A stretch of DNA of 22,757 bases, counting the filler. It is 4 parts of 4 records of this genome, joined end to end, with 100 filler letters (N's around TTAATTAATTAA, not from the genome) between each part and the next. Parts side by side here need not be neighbours in the genome. Positions count along the whole stretch, not along the records: positions 16,330 to 22,757 come from SRR31156797_343381; 3 more parts are not named here. One strand, written 5' to 3'. The first letter of the stretch is position 1. Every line of letters begins with the position of its first letter. Position numbers and translations under genes: made by a program. This document shows positions 16,345 to 22,757 of the stretch, one piece after another. The notes beneath the pieces were generated by a model that did no database searches, was not told the origin of the DNA, and saw nothing but the letters and a program-made list of their open reading frames with translations.

Positions 16345-17226
16345 ATGGATCAGCTTGAGACGTTGGAGTCTCAGAGCATCTTCATCCTGCGCGAAGCCTA
16401 TCGCAGCTTCAAGAACCTGGTCATGCTCTGGTCGATCGGCAAAGACAGCACGGTATTGCTCTGGCTGGCGCGCAAGGCCTTCTTCGGCCACGCGCCCATT
16501 CCGCTGATGCACATCGACACGTCGTACAAGATCCCGGAGATGATCGAGTACCGCGACCGCTTCGCCCGCGAGTGGAAGCTGAACCTCATCGTCGGCCAGA
16601 ACGTTGAGGCACTGAAGGCCAAGCAAACCTTCCCCGACGGCAACGCCACGCGGCTCCAGTGTTGCGGCCGGCTCAAGAGCGAAGCACTCAAGCATACCCT
16701 CAGCGGCGAATGGCCTCGCCGGGTGCTGAACCATGAAACGGGCGAGTACGATATCGTGGAAGGCGGCGAGCCGTTCACCGGGGTCATTGTCGGCGCGCGG
16801 GCCGACGAGGAAGGCAGCCGCAGCAAGGAGCGCTACTTCTCGCCCCGCGACCAGCACAGCGAATGGGACGTGGGCGAGCAGCCGCCGGAACTGTGGAACC
16901 AGTTCAAAACCGATTTTGCCCCCGGCACACACGTGCGCATTCATCCGCTGCTGGACTGGACGGAACTGAACATCTGGGAATATATCGAGCGCGAGAACAT
17001 TCCGATCATCGGCCTGTACTTCGATCGAGGCGAAGGCAAGCGCTATCGCTCGCTCGGGTGCCACCCTTGTACCTTCCCAGTGGATTCCACGGCCAAGAAC
17101 GTCAGCGAAATTGTCGCGGAACTGCGCAGCGGCAAGTTCTCCAATATTGCCGAACGCTCCGGCCGGGCCCAGGACAAGGAAGACTTCAGCGGCCTGGAAA
17201 CGCTGCGCCGGGACGGCTACATGTAG
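16345..17226 (+). CDS. cysD: Sulfate adenylyltransferase subunit 2
   Basis: [23 protein letters not shown]-loop [61 protein letters not shown] and C-terminal GYM. Confidence 0.97.
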   Translation: MDQLETLESQSIFILREAYRSFKNLVMLWSIGKDSTVLLWLARKAFFGHAPIPLMHIDTSYKIPEMIEYRDRFAREWKLNLIVGQNVEALKAKQTFPDGNATRLQCCGRLKSEALKHTLSGEWPRRVLNHETGEYDIVEGGEPFTGVIVGARADEEGSRSKERYFSPRDQHSEWDVGEQPPELWNQFKTDFAPGTHVRIHPLLDWTELNIWEYIERENIPIIGLYFDRGEGKRYRSLGCHPCTFPVDSTAKNVSEIVAELRSGKFSNIAERSGRAQDKEDFSGLETLRRDGYM

Positions 17227-17278
17227 ACCAGGAAGTTACGCCGCAGAGAACCTGCCGGCAAGAAGAGGGTATCGCTTC

Positions 17279-19075
17279 ATGAACACGTCAGCCAGAGAGC
17301 AGATGAATATCGTCGTCATCGGTCACGTCGACCATGGCAAGAGCACCGTCATCGGTCGACTGATGGCCGATACCCATTCGCTTCCCGAAGGGAAACTCGA
17401 GCAGGTCAAGGCCCGCTGTGCCAGCGACGCCCGGCCCTTCGAATACGCCTTCCTGCTCGACGCCCTCAAAGCCGAGCAGGCCCAGGGTATCACCATCGAT
17501 TCGGCCCGCTGCTTCTTCCGCTCGGCCAAGCGCGAGTACATCATCATCGACGCGCCGGGCCACATCGAATTTCTGCGCAACATGATCTCCGGCGCCGCCC
17601 GCGCCGAGGCGGCCCTGCTGATCATCGACGCTAAGGAAGGGGTCCAGGAGAACTCCCGCCGGCACGGCTATCTGCTCAGCATGTTGGGGATCAGGCAGGT
17701 CGCCGTCTGCATCAACAAAATGGACCTGGCCGACTACGCCCAGGCCAAGTTCGAGGCCATCCGCGACGAATACCGCGCGTTCCTCCAGCAGATCGGCGTC
17801 GAGGCGCTGGACTTCATCCCCTTGAGCGCCCGCGAAGGTGACAACATCGTCGCCAACTCCGATAGAATGCCCTGGTACACCGGTCCAACCACCCTCGATA
17901 TCGTCGACAGCTTCGTCAAGGAGCAGGACACCATCGCCAAGCCGTTCCGCTTCCCCGTCCAGGACATCTACAAGTTCACCGCCTCGGGCGACGACCGCCG
18001 CATCCTGGCCGGCCGTGTCGAAACGGGCAGCATCCAGGTGGGCGACGAGGTGGTCTTTCTCCCGTCGGAAAAACGTTCGAAGATCGCGACCGTCGAAGGC
18101 TTCAACCTGCCCACCCAGAGCCAGGCCCACGCCGGCCAATCCACGGGTTTTACGCTCACCGAACAGGTCTACGTCGACCCGGGCGAACTGATGTGCAAGG
18201 CGGACGAAAGAGGAGCCCAAACCGGCTCGCATCTCGCCGTGAATATCTTCTGGATGAACCGCCAGCCCATGATCCGCAACAAGAAGTACAAGATCAAACT
18301 GGCCGGCGCCCGCATGCCCGTTTGGCTGCGCGAGGTGGTCACCGTACTGGACGCTTCCGAGCTGACCACCGATTCGAATCGCCAGCAGGTCGAGCGGCAC
18401 GACGTGGCCGAGTGCGTCCTGGAGACGCTCAAGCCGATCGCGTTTGATCTCTCCACCGAGATCGCGCAGACGGGCCGCTTCGTGATCATCGACAATTATG
18501 AGATTGCCGGTGGTGGCGTCGTGCTCAAGGCCGTTGAGAGCGCCACGAACCGCATCACCGAGCGCGTCCAGCAGCGTGAGCGGCAGTGGCAGCGCAGCAC
18601 CATCACGCCGTCGGTTCGGTCGACGCGCTACAATCAGCGTTCCACGCTGGTGCTGATCTGCGGCCCGGCCCATACGGGCAAGGAACAGCTCGCCAAGGCC
18701 CTGGAGGAGGATCTTTTCCAGGACGGCCGTTACGTCTACTACCTGGGCCTGTCCAACAGCTCGCTCAGTATGGATGTCACCGAGAGCGGGCAGCGCGACG
18801 AGTATATCCGCCGGCTGGGCGAGGTCTCGCACCTCTTCACCGACGCCGGCCTGATCCTGATCGCCACCATCAGCGACCTCGACGATTACGAACTCGAGAC
18901 GATCAACACGCTCAACCAGCCCAGCGACTTCCGCATCATCAACGTCGGTCCGAACCGCTTCAGTCGCACCAAAGTCGATCTGCAAATCGACACCGTCACC
19001 GACCCCGCCGCCGCCGTCCAACAAATCAAGCAGCTCCTGACCACACAACGCTACCTCATAGAATACTATCTGTAG
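17279..19075 (+). CDS. cysN: Sulfate adenylyltransferase GTPase subunit with a fused degenerate APS-kinase-like domain (CysN/CysNC)
   Basis: G1 [19 protein letters not shown]3 DAPGH, G4 NKMD, SAREGDN, FRFPVQD and TGRFVIID. C-terminal CysC-like domain. Located directly after cysD. Confidence 0.93.
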   Translation: MNTSAREQMNIVVIGHVDHGKSTVIGRLMADTHSLPEGKLEQVKARCASDARPFEYAFLLDALKAEQAQGITIDSARCFFRSAKREYIIIDAPGHIEFLRNMISGAARAEAALLIIDAKEGVQENSRRHGYLLSMLGIRQVAVCINKMDLADYAQAKFEAIRDEYRAFLQQIGVEALDFIPLSAREGDNIVANSDRMPWYTGPTTLDIVDSFVKEQDTIAKPFRFPVQDIYKFTASGDDRRILAGRVETGSIQVGDEVVFLPSEKRSKIATVEGFNLPTQSQAHAGQSTGFTLTEQVYVDPGELMCKADERGAQTGSHLAVNIFWMNRQPMIRNKKYKIKLAGARMPVWLREVVTVLDASELTTDSNRQQVERHDVAECVLETLKPIAFDLSTEIAQTGRFVIIDNYEIAGGGVVLKAVESATNRITERVQQRERQWQRSTITPSVRSTRYNQRSTLVLICGPAHTGKEQLAKALEEDLFQDGRYVYYLGLSNSSLSMDVTESGQRDEYIRRLGEVSHLFTDAGLILIATISDLDDYELETINTLNQPSDFRIINVGPNRFSRTKVDLQIDTVTDPAAAVQQIKQLLTTQRYLIEYYL

Positions 19076-19112
19076 CGCAGGCGCGCATCTTCCACCAAGA
19101 GGGTCGCCCCCT

Positions 19113-20393
19113 TCAGTTCTTGGCGAGATCGAGGAAAACGATGTGCGAGGGATTGCCGACGGGTGTGTAATGGCCGGTGAAGGCCAGGCCGCCCGTTTTG
19201 CGGTCCACGCGGAAAACGGCAAGGTTGTCGGCCCGCTGATTGCAGGCGTAGAGGAACCGGCCGGTAGGGTCGAAATTGAAGCTGCGCGGATAGTTCCCGC
19301 GCGTCCATTCGGCCCCGATGTAGGTCAGGGCACCGGTGTCGCCGACGGAAAAGATCCCGATGCTGTCGTGCAGACGGTTGCCCGCATAGAGGAACCGGCC
19401 ATCGGCAGAAACCAGGATCTCCGAGCAAAAATTGCTGCCCGCAAACCCGGGCGGCAGAGTCGAGATAGTTTGCCGCGCGGCCAGCCGCCCCTTCGAGACA
19501 TCGTAGTCAAACAGAACGACGGTCGAGCCTTCCTCCTGAATGGAATAGAACCAGCGCCCGTTCGGGTGGAAACAAAAATGCCTCGGCCCGTCTCCCGGCG
19601 GCAGAGAAACCGCAGCCGGATCGTTCGCCGTGAGCACGCCCTGCCGCTCATCGAACTTCCAGATGAAAATCCGATCCAGGCCCAAGTCGACATGCAAAAC
19701 GAAGCGCCCCGAGGGATCGGCGCCGATCTGGTGCGCATGCGTTCGGTCGTGTCCGCTGAAGGCAAAGGTTCCCGGCGGCGCGTTCGTGGCCTTCGTCGGC
19801 CCCAGCGTTCCGGCATCCACTTTGATATCCGTAGCGATACCGAGACCGCCGTCGGGCCGAATCGGCAGCACCGCCACGGAGCCGCCAAAGTAATTGGCCA
19901 CCAGCAGGAACTTCCCCGAAGGATGCGCGCTCACGTAGGTGGGCCCGGCCCCGCCGCTGCGCACGGTGTTGAGCAGTTTCAACTGCCCGTCGGCGCGGCT
20001 GATGGCGAAGGCGCTGACCGTGCCTTCGTTGCCTTCGCCGACCCGGTCCGTCTCGTTCGCCGAATACAGACGGGTCCCGGCGGCATTCAGCGCCAGACAA
20101 CTCGGGCTCGTCCCCAGCTCATAGACGCCGCACGGCGTCAGGGCGCCGCTGGTGCGATCCACCGTGAACAGGTGAATGCCACGTCCATTTCCGGGAGGCA
20201 AATCCACCTGAGTCGCCGGCATGTCACGCAGCGGCGAACTGAACGTCCCCACATAAGCCATCAGCGGCCCCTTGGCTTCGGCCGCTTGCGCCGTAGGCAG
20301 CCCCACCAGCAGCATGAGTGTCCAGGACAAACAGCGCGCAGCGTGCCGGCGCACTGACTGATAGCCTGACACAAATCGACATTCTGATTGCAT
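19113..20393 (-). CDS. Exported lactonase-family beta-propeller (6-phosphogluconolactonase-like)
   Basis: ATG at 20393 after GGGGGGA; signal peptide ending AQA; AYVGTF, SPSCLA, LLVANYFGGSV, HAHQ, DLGLD, GDGPRH, GRFLYAGNRLHDSI and YPRSFN. Confidence 0.9.
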   Translation of the reverse strand: MQSECRFVSGYQSVRRHAARCLSWTLMLLVGLPTAQAAEAKGPLMAYVGTFSSPLRDMPATQVDLPPGNGRGIHLFTVDRTSGALTPCGVYELGTSPSCLALNAAGTRLYSANETDRVGEGNEGTVSAFAISRADGQLKLLNTVRSGGAGPTYVSAHPSGKFLLVANYFGGSVAVLPIRPDGGLGIATDIKVDAGTLGPTKATNAPPGTFAFSGHDRTHAHQIGADPSGRFVLHVDLGLDRIFIWKFDERQGVLTANDPAAVSLPPGDGPRHFCFHPNGRWFYSIQEEGSTVVLFDYDVSKGRLAARQTISTLPPGFAGSNFCSEILVSADGRFLYAGNRLHDSIGIFSVGDTGALTYIGAEWTRGNYPRSFNFDPTGRFLYACNQRADNLAVFRVDRKTGGLAFTGHYTPVGNPSHIVFLDLAKN

Positions 20394-20410
20394 AGCCTGA
20401 TCCCCCCGCG

Positions 20411-22243
20411 CTACATGATCTTCTCGACGATCACTTCCTGCCCGTCGACGAAGCGAGCCGTGGCGGCACTGTCGGGGCCGATCAGGAGCGTGTCGCTTTC
20501 CGCCGGAGCCACGGGGCCGGCCTTGACGTGGACCGAGCGCAGCCCGCCGTACCACCAGCGGATGTGGCTGGCGTAGAGCAAGTCGCCGGGCTCGGCCGCC
20601 ATCGTGTCCAACGACGATTGGGACAGGACGACCGTCTCCGTGCCGGCCAGAGTCTCGTCGAGCCTGGCCATGACCCGCACCTTCTTACCCGGCTTGCGAT
20701 TGGGCTCGCCTCCCTTGAACTGCCGCATCGCGTCGGTCTGCGTCCCGGCCACGAGTCCCTTCAACTCCGACTCGGGCTTCGGTCGGCTGATCCATGTCAC
20801 CGAGACACCCAACCCGCCGGCGACCAGCAGGCCAAAGAGGGCCCGCATGAACTTGTAGCTGTCGGGCCCCATGCCGAAGTCCAGGGGCCCCACCAGCGCA
20901 TCGGGCCAGACGAACGACAAGGCGATCAGGACCGCTCCACCGACGATGGTGACAAAGGCCGCCGTCGGCGTATAACGTTTCCACGTGATGCCCAGGAGGA
21001 TCGCGGTCAAGACCGGTGGTGTCACGGCCGCTGTGAACATGCTGTGCGCTCCGTAGATGGTATCCTTCATGAACACCGGAACCAACGCCAGCCCCGCCCC
21101 GGCCGCGACGAGGCTCGTGACACGCGCGACCCAGAGATAGTGTTTGTCATCAGCGTCCCGTTTGACGTACGGCCGCCAGATATCGTTGACGAAGATCGCG
21201 CTGACGGCATTGACCAGCGAATCGGCGGTGCTCATCAGCGCTGCCGTCAGGGCCGCCAGGACGAATCCGAAGATCCCCGGGGCACAGAGGAAATGAGCGG
21301 CGTCGATGAACGACGTCCCCGGCTCGGTGGTCAGTTCGCCGTTGTTGACCAGGGCCTTGGCGATCCACCCGCCGCAGCTCGTAGCGATCGCCGCCAGCGG
21401 GCCCAGGATGAGAATCCAGCAGACCACCATGCGGCGGGAGTCCTTGACGCTCTTGAGCGAGAGGAACCGCATGATGAACCCCTGGTGCATCAGCATCAGC
21501 GCACCGGTATTGGCCAGCCCGTCCTGAACGTAGATGCCGATGAAGCTGAACTTGGGCGGCGCGTTGAAATCGGAGAAGGCGTACTTGTGCGATTGGGGCA
21601 GCAGGGCCCAGAAGTCGCCGAAGCCGCCGAAATGATAGATCGCCCCGGCGAACAGACCCAGCCCGGCCACGAGCAGGATCATCCCCTGGGCCAGATCGGT
21701 CATAATCACCGCCGTCTGTCCACCGATATAGACATACGCCGCGACCGCCACGGCCGTGATCGCCGCCCCGGTCATGATCTCCCAGCCCAGCAGACCCTGC
21801 AGCGTCTTGCCCAGCGTGATCAGGTTAATGCCGATGTAACCGACGATGTAGAACAGGATGATCACCGTGGCCGCGACGCGCGTCTTCTTATCGAAGCGGG
21901 CCTCCAGATACTCCGGCACCGACTGGATCTTCTTGTAGTAGATGATCGGAATCCAGACCAGCACGAGGATGGGCATCCAGAACCAGTCGTTCAGATACGA
22001 CTGTGTGCTGGAGATACCGTAGCGGAATCCGGCGGCGCTGTACTTGATGAAGCTGTAGCTGCCGACCACTGTCGCGACACAGGAGAAGGCGATCAGCCAC
22101 CACGAGAAGCGCTGCCCGCCGAAGAAGAAGTCCTTGGTCGTGGACGTATAGCGGCCGAAGTACAGGCCGAACCCCAGCACCGCAATGAAGTAGCCGATCA
22201 TCACGGCGTAGTCGATGTTCTCCCCGATGGCTTGAGCGATCAT
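20411..22243 (-). CDS. Sodium:solute symporter (SSS) family transporter with a C-terminal soluble extension
   Basis: DFFFGGQRFSWWLIAFS, SVPEYLEARF, YVYIGGQTAVIMTDLAQ and LAALTAALMSTADS..NAVSAIFVNDIW; roughly 13-14 hydrophobic helices. Confidence 0.95.
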   Translation of the reverse strand: MIAQAIGENIDYAVMIGYFIAVLGFGLYFGRYTSTTKDFFFGGQRFSWWLIAFSCVATVVGSYSFIKYSAAGFRYGISSTQSYLNDWFWMPILVLVWIPIIYYKKIQSVPEYLEARFDKKTRVAATVIILFYIVGYIGINLITLGKTLQGLLGWEIMTGAAITAVAVAAYVYIGGQTAVIMTDLAQGMILLVAGLGLFAGAIYHFGGFGDFWALLPQSHKYAFSDFNAPPKFSFIGIYVQDGLANTGALMLMHQGFIMRFLSLKSVKDSRRMVVCWILILGPLAAIATSCGGWIAKALVNNGELTTEPGTSFIDAAHFLCAPGIFGFVLAALTAALMSTADSLVNAVSAIFVNDIWRPYVKRDADDKHYLWVARVTSLVAAGAGLALVPVFMKDTIYGAHSMFTAAVTPPVLTAILLGITWKRYTPTAAFVTIVGGAVLIALSFVWPDALVGPLDFGMGPDSYKFMRALFGLLVAGGLGVSVTWISRPKPESELKGLVAGTQTDAMRQFKGGEPNRKPGKKVRVMARLDETLAGTETVVLSQSSLDTMAAEPGDLLYASHIRWWYGGLRSVHVKAGPVAPAESDTLLIGPDSAATARFVDGQEVIVEKIM

Positions 22244-22464
22244 AGGCCGCCCTCACTTGCCCAGTTCGGGGCCAGGAAGGTGAACACGCACATCACGGCC
22301 AGCATGAACAGGTAGCCGGCGATCAGGATCGCCAGCAGGCGCCGGTCCTCGGAGACTTTCATGTCGAGGTACTTGCCGCGCAGCCCGCACCAGATCCCCA
22401 CGAGGCACAACACCGCCCCGACCCCGAACTCACACACGATAGGCCATACCCGCAGCATGTTCAT
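22240..22464 (-). CDS. Small two-helix membrane protein, probable SSS accessory subunit
   Basis: Two hydrophobic segments, GGAG RBS, ATGA overlap with the symporter start. Small two-TM genes commonly precede SSS genes. Confidence 0.75.
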   Translation of the reverse strand: MNMLRVWPIVCEFGVGAVLCLVGIWCGLRGKYLDMKVSEDRRLLAILIAGYLFMLAVMCVFTFLAPNWASEGGL

Positions 22465-22678
22465 CCGCTCACATCTCCTAACGAGGGACAGTCCCTATCC
22501 AGGCCACACGTTCCAGCCGTTGTTCGTCCGCCACAACGCAGTCGTCACACCCACCTGCCGCCGCCATCCTACCCGTCACCAAACGAAAACACAAGCCCCC
22601 CATCGCCCCGGCGTGCCTGTGCAGATTCTCGGGCAGCAGAATCTTCCTTTGCGGGCGTCTTTCGCACGCCGCTCCCGT

Positions 22679-22750
22679 TGTCATTCCCGCGCCGGCGGGA
22701 ATCCAGACTACTTCGATACAGACTGGACCCCTGCCTGCGCAGGGGTGACA
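22679..22750. repeat. Paired palindromic REP-like element
   Basis: TGTCATTCCCGC-GCCG-GCGGGAATCCAG (22679-22706) and an inverted partner CTGGACCCCTGC-CTGC-GCAGGGGTGACA (22723-22750). Each forms an 8-bp hairpin, and the termini TGTCA/TGACA are complementary. Confidence 0.8.
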
Positions 22751-22757
22751 GAGTCGG

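Noticed and set aside
17279-18540. Elongation factor Tu or EF-1alpha call
   Set aside because: GHVDHGKST is shared, but the position after cysD, the EQAQGITID and SAREGDN motifs and the CysC-like tail indicate CysN.
17288-22315. Long antisense ORFs (644, 404 and 595 aa)
   Set aside because: They mirror cysN, the lactonase and the symporter, as expected from high-GC codon bias, and have no independent motifs.
1-22757. CRISPR array, tRNA, rRNA, integrase or att sites
   Set aside because: No repeat-spacer array, cloverleaf, rRNA-like sequence or recombinase motif was seen. The island boundaries lie outside the visible contig.

Overview
The window is four separate contigs joined by artificial 100-nt N spacers containing TTAATTAATTAA (5124-5223, 10766-10865, 16230-16329), so adjacency across the gaps is meaningless. 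Contig 1 (1-5123) has visibly lower GC and looks like an accessory or mobile island. It is the most interesting part. It carries a tightly packed minus-strand operon: a Cys-rich multi-Zn-finger protein, a HerA/FtsK/VirB4-VirD4-type P-loop ATPase with a C-terminal winged-HTH, a PD-(D/E)xK-like nuclease with a D-x12-E-x-E motif, two orphan proteins (one with a glycine-rich membrane segment) and an AlpA-like excisionase. An OLD-family ABC-ATPase/TOPRIM nuclease follows, which the ORF track missed because it runs off the left edge. Contig 2 has a GT4 glycosyltransferase, a VanZ-like protein, degenerate heptamer arrays, a candidate structured RNA and terminator, msrC, a GH20-like hydrolase and a Tat-exported GH106-like hydrolase. 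Contig 3 has a partial hydrolase-like gene, xseA-xseB, and an operon of two paralogous membrane proteins plus a lipoprotein. Contig 4 has cysD, cysN with a degenerate APS-kinase domain, a secreted lactonase, a sodium:solute symporter with an extra C-terminal domain, its small partner protein, and a paired palindromic REP-like element. Gene content loosely suggests a Planctomycetota-like host (inference only). All family calls come from reading motifs by eye, with no database searches.
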